From positions 13,312,650 to 13,376,649 of the forward strand of contig NC_068988.1 of NCBI RefSeq assembly GCF_001194135.2: a DNA stretch of 64,000 nucleotides, in the 5' to 3' direction. The notes under the pieces were generated by a model. The model saw nothing but the letters and a program-made list of their open reading frames with translations, was not told where the DNA came from and ran no database searches. The DNA comes from Octopus bimaculoides (Eukaryota). Each line of letters starts with the position of its first letter. Position 1 is the stretch's first letter. Made by a program: the position numbers and the translations under genes. Positions 1 to 14,100 of this stretch are shown here, in pieces.

Positions 1-626
1 GGGTAATTTATTGGACATGCTGCAGGATAGAAAACAAAACACATCAAAGGACAGGAACTCAAGAGAGTCAACAATCCTCCAATAACATGTTAAGGTGCAT
101 GGCCTGCTTGTTAGGGTGTTGTGCTCACAATCACAAGATCATGGTTTTGATTCAAGGGCCGGCTGTGTGTTGTGTTCTTGAGCAAAACACTTCAATTCAT
201 GTTGCTCCAGTCCACTCAGCTGTAAATGGATAACCTTGTGACAGATTGATGTACAAGGGTGAGATGGTGACTCTGAAAAGTCACCTGAATGGAGGCCTTG
301 CGAGTCACGTTTTGTATTTAGCAATTGAAAGGATGAATAGTGCAACACATACTGTGAATCCCGACTGGTTGGGATTGGTTGTTCAACCACATCAAAGGAA
401 CACACACACACGCACATACACAATAAGTTCTTTTCAGTAGCCATCTACCAATTCCCATTAAAAGCTTTGGTCAGCCTGAGGCTTAAGTAGAAGACACTTG
501 TTCAAGGTGCTGCACAATGGAACTGAACCAGAAAACCTGTGTATGTACCTACATAAATAAAATAAAAGAGTTGTTCAGTTTGAAGTGTATTCCTTATACC
601 AATGTTTTTTATTTTTTTTATTTTAG

Positions 627-676
627 CTTTGAAATACGTCAAGGTACTGGATCATCCAAATTTGAAGTTGCAGTTT
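627..676 (+). CDS. HYI: HYI coding exon (LKYVKVLDHPNLKLQF)
   Basis: ttttag acceptor, gtaagt donor, 50 nt. Confidence 0.85.
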
Positions 677-3600
677 GTAAGTTGCTAATTTTTTTTTTTT
701 ATTATTTATTTTATTTACTATTTTGTTTACTATGTCTGGAGCAATAGTTAGTGTCCATGATTTTTGCAGGCCTTCTAGAACCAGTGATCTTAGCTTGATG
801 GCATTAATGTTTTGTTTAAACTGTTGCCTATCACCACTTGTAGGAAAGCCATTAGCAGGAAGAAGATTCCAGGGTGTTGATGTTTGGGGGAAGAAGGAAT
901 GGAATAGTGGTTGTGCATGGTTTGGTGGGTAGAGAGAGATAAGTGGATAAGGAGTGCTTGACCTTTAAGCCTTACAACAATTGTCAGTTTGTTAATCCTG
1001 GCAGGTGGTCATGGGTGGATGCCTTTACTGGAGTAGCAAACTCAACTCTTGCAAGCATTTGGATCATATCGCCATTCTGAGAGTAGATAGATCATTCTTG
1101 TTCACCAGTCTTGAAGGCTCTGCAAAATGGGTCATAGGCACTGCCCTTTTTCACAGACAAACCCATAAAATAATACTTAGGCAAGATACTCCCCTTTTGA
1201 CTAGTTTTTTTTTTTGTCTTTTATACTTGTTTCAGACATTCGATTGTGGCCATGCTGGGGCACCACTTTGAAAGGTTTAGCTGAACAAATTGACCCCAGT
1301 ACTTATATTTTAACTCTGGTCACTTTTGCCAAATTGCTAAGTTACAGGAACCAACACAGCTTGTCAAGTGATGCTGTGGAACATACACAAACAAGTTTCC
1401 TCACAGTTTCCACCTTCCAAATTCACTCACAAGGCATTGGTTGGCCTTGATTTATAGTAGAAGGCACTTACCCATGGCACTGAACCCAAAACTGCATGGC
1501 TGCTAAGTGAGCTTCTTAATCACATAACCATACCTTATATCTGCATGTGTGTTGATGTGTCTCTTTATACCCTTTAACTTAGCAAGTCAACAAACAGACA
1601 TCAATAAATTAAGCACCAAACTGAAATAACTTGAACCATCCAACCCATGTTTACAGGCACTGGCAATGACTACGATTTCACTTAGCTCGACATGTCTTCT
1701 CAAGCACAGTAACTTACCAGAAGTCTCGGTCACTTGTCATTGCCTCCATAAGGCTCAACAACCGAAGATCACATTTCACCACCTCATCCCATATCTTCCT
1801 GAGTCTACCCCTTTCACAGGTTCCCTCATAAAACAAAGTCAAAATAGGAGATTGGAAAATTTTTGGTAGTCTTTATTCACCATTACACATATTTCATTTG
1901 CTAATAGGAGATATCTTAAATGTTTTCTACATGTACAGGTTTGTAACTCCTATTAGCAAATGAAACATGTGTAATGGTGAATAAATAACAAAAAAGTTTC
2001 CAATCTCCAGTTTTGATATTATTTTCCAGTATTTTCAATCAACTCTTATACATACCTCAAATATAACATCTACATATGGATTTGGTACACTGAAATAAGC
2101 AGATGTGCTTCAAGAGGAGACAGCTTGGATTTTAAGTCTATCAATATAAAACAAAGTCAAGAAAGTATTAAAGTTTTACACCAAAGGTAATAGGTTTGTC
2201 TCAACTATTCCTCTGTATATCATGGATTTTACAAGCTAACAGTTTTTATTGATTCCTCAGCAAAATGTCAAGAAATGTCAATTCATCAGACAGAAAAATT
2301 CTCAATTTAACTTGATGAAAGAAGTTACTGAGGAGTAAAGAGATGGAAGTGGGGGTAGAACCTCTTGACTTTTTTAACCATATAAAATGAAAGAACATTC
2401 AGAAGTCAACATTAAGTTTTTAGAAATGTAATGAATTTTCCTGTTAGCAAATCGGAGCAAAATCCATCACCTCTTCCTTACTTTCCTTCATAGTTACTCA
2501 TTTTATTTCAGTGACTTTACCTTCCCCCAAATAGAAATCTACCTTTTTTGTGTGTGTGTGTAAAATCACTTCTTGTAAAACCTTGAACTTATGAACTTCA
2601 GAGGATTTCTTCTAACTCTGTATGCACACACACATTGCAGAATTCAGTTTCTAACTGTTGTCTGATTATGTCTGCCCTGGTGTAGCAGAGAAAGATTCAA
2701 AGACATTCCAGCTATGACCATCCTGTCTTTTTTGTAGAGTGGGTGGGTTATATCTAGGACTATATTATCTATTGTTTATCCTTTCTGTTTCCAACCTTCT
2801 TGACTGAGCTACCTTTGGTCCATTAGAATAAGTTGTCTTTTTTTGTAAAGAAGTATTTCAACTCTGAAACACTCCCATACCCCCTTTTTTTTTCTTTCTC
2901 TCCTGTTTCAATATCAAAATACATCAAGTGTAAGACTACCTTAGTCAAAATTGGGAATGACTTAATCACAATCTAAACTCAATGCAGAAGAAATTCATCT
3001 TTATGACTAATGTCTTTCTTTTTTTTTTTTTTTGTTTTACTGAACCTGATCAATCCTCTTTTCCATAGGCATGGCTGTGCGGTTAAGAAGCTTGCTGTAC
3101 AACCATATGGCTTCAGGTTCAGTCCCACTGCATAACATCTTGGGATAAGTGTTATCTACTATAACCCCAGGCTGCTCAATGCCTTGTCAATGAATTTGGT
3201 TACAGAAACTGTGTGGAAGCCCATTATCTACATTATACATATAGATAGATGTGTGTTTGTCTCCACCAACACCATCACTTTATAAATGGTGTTGGTTTGT
3301 TTACATCCCCATAATTTAGTGGTTCAGTAAGAGATCTACAAGACTTACTTTGGTTTCACCAATTAGCTCAGAGAGTCTCTACAGGTCGAGTACTACTTCA
3401 CATTGAGAGGTCACGGCTTTGGTACTGTGGACGTGGTTAGAATGTCACAGGAAAGGATCACAAGATAAACTTCTTCAAGCCAAGCCAGCAAGAGACCTAG
3501 GGAGAGACCAAAAATGGACGCCTCTGATGAGAACCCAATAAGGTTCGAAAATCAATTAAGGTTATTCATCATTTTTTTCAGTCTGCGGAGAAATGGCTAA

Positions 3601-5904
3601 AATTTTCCGTTTATTATACCATGTTACATTGTTGGATAATATCCATAATCTCAGTTGATCATACTTGGGAATCCAGCAGGAATGTGTAATGACGGTTGCT
3701 TCCGATAGGGCTGTGGAGGAGGCATCTGAGAATTCTACCCACAAAACTTTTCTAGGAATAGCAGGCAGAGAAAATGGGTGGTAGAAGAAATCAGTTTAAC
3801 ATGTCTGTTTTATAACCCTTCTTATGCAATCCAGTAATTCAGGCTTGCCAAGCAGACATGAACCAAACAAAATTTCATATTGAAATGTTGCTGCTTTTTT
3901 TTCCCCCCTTTTTAATTGTTTGAGAGATTTGTCATTTTCAGTTAAATAGATGGCTAAAACAAAAATAACACCTTTTGCTTTATTTTTGAAGGATTTCTTC
4001 CATGTCCAGATTATGGATGGAAATCTTACAGCCAACTTCAAAGACTTCCTGCCTTACATAGGTAATTACACAATTTTTTTATTCATGCTTTCATAACAAA
4101 TTTTATTGGTTTTTAAAAAGCACCCAGTACACTTTAAAGTGGTTGATGACTGGTAGGGCATTCGGCCATAGAAACTATGCTAAAGCAGACAATGGAGCCT
4201 GGTGTAGTTCCCAGGATTGCCAGCTTCTGTCAAACTGCCCAACCCATGCCAGCATGGAAAACATTAATTGATGATAATGATGACTCAGCGGAATCCACAA
4301 CCAAGTCATGATTCACAGTTGATGTTTCACTTGAATAGTTATAAGGGCAGGCATGACTGGTTAAGTTCACTTACCAACCACACAGTTGCAGGTTCAGTCC
4401 CACTGTAAGGAACCTTGGGCAAGTGTCTTCTATTATAGTCCAGAATCCACTATAGCCTTGTGAATGGATTTAGTAGATGGAAACTGAAAGAAGCCTATTG
4501 CATGTATACATATGCACACACACATGGTGGACTGTTGGCTCTGTTCAAAATTGAAAAGAAAATAGGTTGTTCTGAAGTAAAATCAGCTTTATAATATAAA
4601 TTCCAGCAAAACTTTCAGGAAGTGGCTGTTCTGAAGTTGTTCCTTTGTATTTTGGGAACAAGAGATTTGGTCTGAAACATATTTACCAATTTATAAAACA
4701 TTCACTGTTAATATAATTATTCACTGCGATATAGTGGTGGTTAGTGAACAGGTTACAAGGATGCGAAGAAGTTGATAGTGATAAAATGGAAAATGTGTTT
4801 ATTAATAAGGCGGCGAGCTGGCTAAAACGTTGGCACACCGGGCGAAATGCTTAGCGGTATTTTGTCTGCCATTACGTTCTGAGTTCAAATTCCGCCGAGG
4901 TCGACTTTGCCTTTCATCCTTTCGGGGTCGATAAATTAAGTACCAGTTATGCACTGGAGTCGATGTAAACGACTTAATCCCTTTGTCTGTCTCCTCTATG
5001 TTTAGCCCCTTGTGGGCAATAAAGAAATAAGAAAATGTGTTTATTAATCAAATAACACGATTATTAAAATTAATATTTAAAGATACTTAATTCTAAAAAC
5101 TTAATTTTTTGCCTGCCTAATTCTGTTCTTTAGGACAAAATATATACTTAAACTAGTAGCAAAGAGATGAACTAACATAATAGCTTTGAAGGAGCAGAGG
5201 AGAAAGACAATAAAAAGATCCATTTTGTTGATTGTTATTTGATATAGAACATAAAATTGTTTATTGGTACTTAAAAACTTCAAGGCACTTCAAAATTTGT
5301 TCTGAAGATATTTACAAATTTACACTTTTACAGGTCACATACAGATATCTCAAGTTCCTAACCGTGGTGAACCAAACACTGATGGAGAAATCAACTACAA
5401 TTATATTTTTAAGATGTTGCAATCCTCAAATTACAATGGTTACATTGGTCTCGAGTATAATCCTGTTGGTAAGTCATTAATTGATAGTCTTTAATGAATG
5501 GTGACTAAAGAGTCAGCACCAGTGCTGCATTATATTCATGGCCTGGAAATTTAAGTGGCCCAGCTTTACTTCCTTGGAAATTGTAGGAAAGAGTTTATCT
5601 CTGCAGTAAGAATATTTCCTTGCATTTGAGAGTGTGGAATCTAACTTTGGAGAAGGATTCTCCATAAGTCAGTGGAAGTAACAACTTATTGTGTGTGTAT
5701 ATACTTTCACTTGTTTCAGTCATTTGACTGTGGTCATGCTGGAGCACCGCCTTTAGTCGAGCAAATCGACCCCAGGACTTATTCTTTGTAAGCCTAGTAC
5801 TTATTCTATCGGTCTCTTTTGCCGAACCGCTAAATTACGGGGATGTAAACACACCAGCATTGGTTGTCAAGCGATGTTGGGGGGACAAACACAGACACAC
5901 ACAC

Positions 5905-5937
<33 letters not shown>

Positions 5938-6559
5938 CGACAGGCTTCTTTCAGTTTCCGTCTACCAAATCCACTCACAAGGCTTTGGTCGGCCCGAGGC
6001 TATAGTAGAAGACACTTGCCCAAGGTGCCACGCAGTGGGACTGAACCCGGTGGTTCGTAAGCAAGCTACTTACCACACAGCCACTCCTATGCCTATGTAT
6101 AGATATCTGTATAAACTTTACTGCACTGTATTAGTTTTAATATAACAATCTCTATTTTATATGACAAGCAAAGAATAAAGATATTTGCATCACATTTATT
6201 CCTAGGTAACTGCCTAGATTCCAAGATCCTCTTTCATTTATTATATGCAAACCTATTATATATAAATAATCTCAAATGAACTATACTAGTCCTGTGCTTA
6301 AATTAATGTTGAAAATAATCAAGAATTTGGAAGGTTTTAATGTTTTTTCATTATTAAACCTTATGATACCAACCTGCCTGAAACTGGCCCTGGTTCTATG
6401 ATGCTAACCTATTTCAAATGATCTTAATTTATGTTCCAATGCCAGCTTAATAATGACAAAGTAGATAGGTTATTATCAATTATTAAAGCTCTTGTTCTAA
6501 TTTTAGGTAACACTCGTGATGGACTCAGTTGGATTCAACAAATGGGACTGCAATTATAA
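627..6559 (+). CDS. HYI: Putative hydroxypyruvate isomerase, 3' part (4 coding exons; 5' exons outside window)
   Basis: Exons 627-676, 3992-4061, 5334-5468, 6507-6559, all AG/GT-flanked and in phase. Spliced product: LKYVKVLDHPNLKLQF-DFFHVQIMDGNLTANFKDFLPYI-GHIQISQVPNRGEPNTDGEINYNYIFKMLQSSNYNGYIGLEYNPV-GNTRDGLSWIQQMGLQL*. Matches recalled HYI motifs (DxFHxQIMDGNL, GHxQxxQVPxRxEP, GxEYxP). Confidence 0.93.
3390..3790 (+). mobile_element. RTE-type LINE 3' end relic
   Basis: Similar by eye to 43070-43320 (AGACCTAGGG..AGACCAA, CTTGGGAATCCAGC, TTGCTTC.GATAGG). Confidence 0.55.
3992..4061 (+). CDS. HYI: HYI coding exon (DFFHVQIMDGNLTANFKDFLPYI)
   Basis: aag acceptor, gtaatt donor, 70 nt. Confidence 0.9.
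4807..5030 (+). mobile_element. tRNA-derived SINE (Nin-domain-like octopus family), full length with 18-bp TSD
   Basis: GGCGGCGAGCTGG head, GTTCTGAGTTCAAATTCC B-box-like motif, GCCTTTCATCCTTTCGGGGTCGATAAA core, A-rich tail. TSD gaaaatgtgtttattaat at 4789-4806 and 5031-5048. Related degenerate copies near 15770-15965(-), 22190-22340, 37150-37290(-), 49000-49170(-), 51050-51250(-). Confidence 0.85.
5334..5468 (+). CDS. HYI: HYI coding exon (GHIQISQVPNRGEP...GLEYNPV)
   Basis: cag acceptor, gtaagt donor, 135 nt. Confidence 0.93.
5702..6096 (-). mobile_element. CORE-like octopus SINE, near full length
   Basis: Reverse complement is nearly identical to the copy at 27289-27668 (GGTTCAGTCCCACTGCGTGGCACCTTGGGCAAGTGTC core, internal (TA)n, CAGTCAAATGACTGAAACAAG tail). 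Confidence 0.85.
6507..6559 (+). CDS. HYI: HYI last coding exon (GNTRDGLSWIQQMGLQL*)
   Basis: ttttag acceptor, TAA at 6557-6559, AATAAA at 6871 and 7023. Confidence 0.88.
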
Positions 6560-8007
6560 GATACCATTTATTTTCATATTAATTAACCAGAGGGCTCCTG
6601 ATTAGTGTATGTACATTTTTATTGATAATATATATTATCTGCATTTTAATAATTTAAAACAAAGATAATTGTATTAGTTTTGTTATACCTATAAACTGGA
6701 AAGTTAAATATTATTAACTTTTGTATTAAGAATATTTTTTTACAAGACACTACAAAAGTATATTTTTCTATTTGAGCTTCAGAGATAAACATTATGTAAT
6801 GCTATACCTTTTCATTGTTATAATGGGACAATGTATCCATTTTTTTCTAATGAAAGTCTAAGCAGAAATGAATAAATTTTTACGAAATGCAGGAAGTATT
6901 TTGACTCAAAGTTATTCTTTTTTTTTAAACAAAAAAACTTGCCCAATACAAAGTCTCTAAAGTAAATATCATCCATTCTGTAATTACTGAAGTAATATCA
7001 ATTAAGGCTACCTCACATATCCAATAAATAAAATTCTAGAGAATATCAGTTTTGTTCCCTTAAAAAAACAAATCCTAGTTTAATAATATATCACTAAAAT
7101 ATGAATTCTATCACGTGATAGGCCTCAAAATGTTAGAATTGATTATGACAACTGCAAAAAGAATATATTTTAAATCGAAGAAAAATGAAATGGTACCAGT
7201 GTTAATTAGTGATATCATTCAGTCAGAAATAAAATGTATGAAAGTAAACTGAAACAAATTGAAAATGTGGATTAGTTTTTTTTATTTAACAGTAAAATGT
7301 ACAAGTTTAATTTAGAATATGACATTGTGTGCAACCCAATAGAAAACATTCTTTCGACTGCAAGAGACAGTAGACAAATTGCAAAGATTTTGTTTCACAA
7401 TTTTAAGGACAGTATATATATATTATATATAAGAACCAAGATTTTCGCTATTTTGTATATAAAACTGTCAAGCATATACACATAATGCTTATGTGTCCTC
7501 AACAGTTAAAGTCAAAAAGAAGATTATGAACAAAATGGTTTGATTACAAGAGAAATAACCAAGTTTCAACCAGATCTATAAATGGTATCACAAGAGAGAA
7601 ATCTAATTGCTAATTTGTTTGGATTATACTTATTGTTTAACAGAAAACAATTAGAATTGAATTATTTTTTTATGGATGTACATATGATTGAGTAGATCAT
7701 GTTTTTCTAAAGATCAGAGAAGGATTAGAAAGACCTTTTATCTGAGGTGCTCTTCCATGAGATGGTGTACATATTATATTAAATAAGTTTTTGGAAGGAT
7801 GCCCAGATAAATAAGCATTAAAAAAAAAGAATTATGAAATGATTGCTAAATGTTTCTATGCAAGATTTACTTTACTATTGTCAATATTGTTTAAAAATAT
7901 TAGGTTTTGCTTGTTTTGTTAACAGAATAGATTTATACTTAGAAACTGGCTCCATTGTGCTCCATTATAATAGGTATGAATATATATATATATTTTTTTC
8001 TTTTACA

Positions 8008-8131
8008 TTAGATGTTATCGTGCAGCATACGGTTGAAATCATTGTATGCACTCTCCAGATCAAACAACATTTGCCGCACTTGGTTATCGTTGAGTTCCTC
8101 TGATGCATGCATTGCACTGAGTGTTGTCAAC
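8008..8131 (-). CDS. VPS28: VPS28 last coding exon ([13 protein letters not shown]...MLHDNI*)
   Basis: ttag acceptor, TAA at 8010-8008. Confidence 0.94.
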
Positions 8132-11100
8132 CTAAGCAAAAACAAAACAAAAACAAATCAAAATATGAAGAAAAATAATTAAAGGAACAAATGTTAATAA
8201 TCTCTTAACTTGTCATTAGACTGGCCATCCTGGGGCATCGCCTTCAGTGAATCAACTCCAGTACTTTTTTTTTTAAAGCCTGGTATTCTATTACTCTTTT
8301 TTTGTCAAACTGCTAAGTTGCAGGGATGTAAACACACCAACACCAGCTGTCAAGCAGTGGTGTGGGATAAACACAGATACATGCAACAGGCTTCTTTCAG
8401 TTTCCATCTATCAAATCCACTCACAAAGCTTTGGTTGACTTGAGTCTATAGTCAGAAGACACTTGCTCAAGGCACAGTGGGATTCAACTGGAAACCATGT
8501 GGTTGAGAAGCAAGCTTCTTACCACACAGCCATGACTGCGTCTATATAAGTTTTAATTCATTAAATAATTTAGTCCTTTATGGTTTAATATCTGCAACAA
8601 TTGGGGAATATTTTAGGCTTAAAGAACAATTTTGCATTTTCGTTTTATCAGTTTGTAACAAAGTGTTTCTTAGTCAAAAGCAAGTTGTTTTTAATGAGAA
8701 ATTTTAGTTATAATCAAAAAAATCCCCATAAAATATGAATTGTATTAATACAATGCCTTAAATGTTACAGATTATTCAGAAAATATATAAACATCACTAA
8801 TTGCTAATTAGAAAATATAATTAGTAAATGTCTGAAAATTGTTTTCACAAACCATTTTGATACTTTTTCTTTTCCTTCAAAGTCTTGAGGTAATAAACTT
8901 AGACGCGTCATAGTCTCCATTAATTCACGAAGGTCTGGTTGAATCTAAAATGTAGAAATTATGTATAGAAACAGGATTTTAATGCTATGGAAATGCTTTT
9001 CATCCTCAATAAAATAAAAATTTTTAAATCTCATTTGAACATGAGGTAGCTTAAAGTGTTATTTAACATCTATTTTTCCATGTTTGCATAAATCAGATGA
9101 AATTTGTAGAGGCAGAATTCCTACAGCTGGATGCTCTTCCTATTGCAAACTCTTGCCTGTTTCCAGGCAAGATATTTCCCTATGACCAGACATAATTTTC
9201 ATGGAAAACTGGAAACAACTTCGCTTGTATGATGATGATGAAGAAGCTCCTTTACAATTATCATGCCATGTCTAGACAAGGGTACATATATGTACACATA
9301 CAACGGGCTTCTTTCAGTTTCCATCTACCAAATCGACTCACAAGGTTCTGGTCGGCCTGGGAGTATAGTAGAAGACACCTGACCAAGGAATCCAAGGCAT
9401 GGTTACAAAACCATTCCTGCACCTATTAAATTATTTGCACCAAATACATTTGAAAACATATTACTAAAATAAGCCTCTTAAAACTGTTTGCAATATGGCT
9501 ATGAGAGAGTGTTCTGCATATTATTATCCACTGTAGGGTTTAATATAGTGAGTTGATCAGCTGAGATCATCAAAGCAATTAGTAGACAAAAACTCGCCAT
9601 AGAGATGTTTAAAATCGCAAAACAAGTAAGGGAGATAATTCAAGATTAACTGACTGACAAAAAGAAGATTCATAACAATTGACATTGTTTATATACTATT
9701 CAAACATTCCGATCAAGTGATTTCATTGGAGTTATGTCCCCTGCTTGTTATAGATTTTTTTCTAACCCATCTGAGATATTTTGACTTCGATAATCTATTT
9801 CTAACAAATTATATTAGATTTATGAGACCCTGTTGTATTCATATTTTCCATTCAAAGGGTCTTTTAACCCCAATAAATTACATATCATGACTTATACATG
9901 CAGTACTTATAGCCAAAAGGTGACAAGCTGGCAGAATTGGTAGAACATTAGGAAAAAATATTGTGGTATTTGTTCTGGCTCGTTACGTTTTGAGATTTGC
10001 TGGCATAAACTAATCCCCTGCCCTCAAAATTGCTAGCATTGTGTCTTAGTTAGAAAACATAACAGACCTAGAAGTCTGGTGCAGTCTTCTGTCAAAACCA
10101 TGCCACATGAAGATACACCATTAAAATGAGTTATTCCCCTTGTGTATTTTCCCATGCAGTAGGACTAATCCGAGAACTGTGGTTGGGAAACCAAGTCCTT
10201 AACCAGACACCCAAACTTGCACCTAATACTTTCTTTAATTCGTTACAAGGCCTAGTATAGTTGCTAGGATATATAGATATATATATATACTTGTAACATT
10301 TAAAACAAAATGCATTTTGTTCATTATATAATTATAGTTTTGTTAATTATAAAGTGTAATGGTTTTAAGGTTGAAGAAAATTGTCTTCACTGAATATAGA
10401 TTTATATTTTAAATAGTTCATGCATGAGTTTTATGGTAATATTTGCTTACCTCATCCATAGCACGGATTTCCAATCTTAGTTTATCCATAACTGTAATAA
10501 AAAGCTGAAAGGAAAATAAAAAGAACGAGATATTACAACATCTTCCAGTCATAAACCAATATTAAGAGTGGTTACTATTTAGAGCCCAGTCCTCATCTCA
10601 TACGAAATGCAGAATGCAAATATTCACACAGACAAGTGCAGCACACACACAATATGCTTCTGTACAGTTTCCACCAATAAAATTCACTCACAAAGCATTG
10701 GTCAGCCCAAGATTATGCCAGCAGAGTGGAACTGAACCCCAACTTTGTAAGCATTCAACCATAAGTTGTAAGAATTATACTTACTGATACAATATCAGCA
10801 ATACATTTGCTTGTGTTTCCTTTATCATCTTTGATGGTAATTGGGCGATCCTCTTTTATCCGTTCCAAGGCAGCAGGGCAGTCAAGCTGGATAAATCATT
10901 AATTTGTAAGTATTTATATCAAATATGTATTATATATTTATAATATACAATATATTAAAATATTTATAACATGTTTAATATCTATATTACATATTTATAA
11001 CATACATTTAATATTTATATTAAATTATGTTTAATGAACATATTGTATTTACAGCATTAACAGAATACTAAAAATGGCTCTGTATCCATTTACATTTCAT

Positions 11101-14100
11101 ATCAATTACTTGTAAAATATTCCAGGAAATGAAAACAAAATCATAAGAGAAAAATGAAGAACAAATCAAAGACAGACACCATGTTCAGAAATATCTTTTT
11201 TCACAAGGCAAAGACTTCATTAGTTGATGAATATTGTGTTTAAGGGAAATCAACAAATGAAATGCAGGTGGAAGGATTAGAAGAGTTGTTTATCCCCAAG
11301 TCAGACTACACAGTCATGATCATCTCCTCTTCTCACATATTGTGTAGTTAAGAATATATATAATCCAATGTGCCTCTCCATTACGTAAGGTGTAAGTTGT
11401 GGGTCTCATTCTCAAGATTTTTGAAGCCAATGGTATTTCACCAGAATCCCATTCCCGCAGTTTCTGTAATCTGTTTCACTAAAAACCAGTTGCAGTAATT
11501 TGCTCTCATACTAGTGTCTGACTGAATAAAAATATCCCCCTTTCATTAAAGAAATCAGTCAAGTGTATCCTGATATTTTAATGGTCAGCATTAGCAACAG
11601 AGCTGATAGCATCAAATGAATAACTTGTCTAGCTCAATGTAGCAACCAAATATCCCCACTCAAAGAAAACTTTACAGTATTTAAAAAGAGGGTCACATAC
11701 TTGAAAAACCAAGTCTTAAGTCTATTTTCTCATGATAAAAATAGGGGGGTCACAGAAATTTTTTTTTTTTTTAAATTGGCTCATAACTGTCATAGTACAC
11801 AACTTGGTTTGAAATCAAAAGTAAATCCATGAGTTGGTAAGGCTCAGGTTACAGTGTTGAAGAGTATTTGATGAATGGGATACAGTAACATTTTTGCTAT
11901 GAAAACAAAGCAATTTCATTTTGGATTCTATCCAACAGACGTACTGTCTCCACCTTTCTACCACTGCTAGAATGGCCTCTACCCACTGCAACCAGTAGTT
12001 TGTGTACCCTCCCCACCATCCACATATTCTTCCTCTGGCTACAGTTCCCTTTCCCACCAATGTTTTTTCCTGCAATCATCAATCTGAAGATGTTTAAGAT
12101 GAACATCATCTGCATTGATCTTGGAGGACTCAGGAAGACCATTGGGCACCAGTCTTGGAGGAATAGTAAAAACCATGGGTACCAGTCTTGGAGAACTTGT
12201 GAAGACTAAGAGCACAATCCCTTCCTCATGATTAAACCATTGAATAAAAAATACTTGATGTCTCATCTATACTTTCAGTAATTCTACATTGAGAGCTACT
12301 TACACGGTATTTTTTCATAAAGTCTTCAACAGTGGGAAAGGCATTACATTGTACTTGTTTGAATGCTGCCTTGTATTGGACTAACAGTTTGGAACAGGCT
12401 GCTGTATATCTGGCAAAATAAAGATATACTGATACAATACAAACAACTGAAAGATAAAATCAGAAGGGAGTTTAATATTAAAAAACCCAAAAAAACAACC
12501 TAATGTTTCAACAAAATTTCAGACAAATTAAAACAATATCACTAATCACAGCTGTTTCATTTGTGTGCTTATAAGGTTATTCTGCAAGTCAAGTGTGTGT
12601 GTGTGTGTGTTTGTAGATTGTACTTGATGCTAAGCTACTTAAAGTGTCATGTCTGAAAGATAAGATCAAGACACAAAAAGGTTGTTTTCTAGTGATTGCT
12701 CTCTTGTCTTTCACCGTGCAGAGGACATGCCAAAGCATTGTAGCTGCGTTTTAAAATGCAGCCATAAAGTTAAACTTGAAAACTAACATCTGGAAACCCA
12801 GAGTTTGTCACCAGCTAAATTCTAATTTGAATCAAAGGGCATAACCTGGACCCATTATTATCAGTGGGAAGGAGCTCGTAGAAGCTAACCATTTTACCTA
12901 TGTGGGGAGTACAATCAGTAATGATGGTAGGCTATATCACAATCTGGATCAACTAGGTCACAGGATAAGTAAGGCCACTTTGCTGAAGAGTGAGAAGCCT
13001 GAGCTCCATGTCTGTTTTGGCTTGGTTTCTATGGCAGGATGCCCTTCCTAACACTAACCACAATGCACTTGTTTCTATTTCCATCTAGCGAATCCATTGA
13101 CAAGGGTTTGGTTGGATTATAGTTATAGTCGAAGGGAGGGTCAAGTTATCTGTCTTCCAGTGTAGTTTAATACTGCAGGCTGGAAGCTGGGGGAGGAGGG
13201 GGTGACATGGATTAATTAGGGAGATTCTGAGGAGATAGATTTGGGGAAGAGGAGAATAGGCAGCTGCATCGAATAACTCTGGGGAACAAAGGATATAGAA
13301 TCAATAAGTTCAGGAGAGCAAATCTTTTGTTGCAAGAATGGCCTTAGGAAGGGTATTCAACTGTAGAAACCATACCAAATCAGACATTGGAACATGATGC
13401 AGTCTTTGAACCCACTAGATCCTGTGAAACCATTCAATTCATGCCAGCAAAGAATATGCACATTAAATGATGATGATGAATGAATAGAAGAAGAGGAAAA
13501 GACAGAATACTTCTGGATGGTAAATCAAGAGTACAGACAGCTGCTGTTTAGCCCCAGGTCAGTATGATCAGATGGATCAAAGGCATACTAATCACCATCT
13601 TTTTGTATATCTAGGTTTACAAGGTTCAATGTATCCTTCCTTTTCTTTAAAACTGCAGAATGTGATTTAGAGGGAGATTTGACTGCTATTTCCAGAAGGT
13701 TGAGTGACTGTATAAAAGCTTCCTCATTGACACGAGTATTTAATGACGTGTGTGTGTGTGTGTACTAGTTTTCAATTACGTGAACAGTGTAGTGCATGAT
13801 GTGTTTATGTTTCACAATAAGTCAACAGATATTTGAGAATTAAATATTTCTATTTCCTAGAAAAAAGCTAGTCTATTTTAATGACAGATATAATAAAAAT
13901 ATATTCATATCAACAGAAATTATTTGTAAACAAACAAGTGTCATATTATGCTAACATTAGAGAGAAATGTAACAATTAAAAAAAATCTGAATCAAAAGAA
14001 ATCATTACAAACCCAAGATAGATGTTAGCGATTTTCTTTAAAACAAACATGAAGAAGCAAATATATTTAAGTATCTGGGGCCTAATACAATGCCCTACAG

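Noticed and set aside
4807-4890. tRNA-like sequence
   Set aside because: It is the tRNA-derived head of a SINE with TSDs; no complete cloverleaf could be supported.
7108-7121. Perfect 14-bp palindrome CTATCACGTGATAG containing an E-box
   Set aside because: Single short site in a 3' region with no supporting context.
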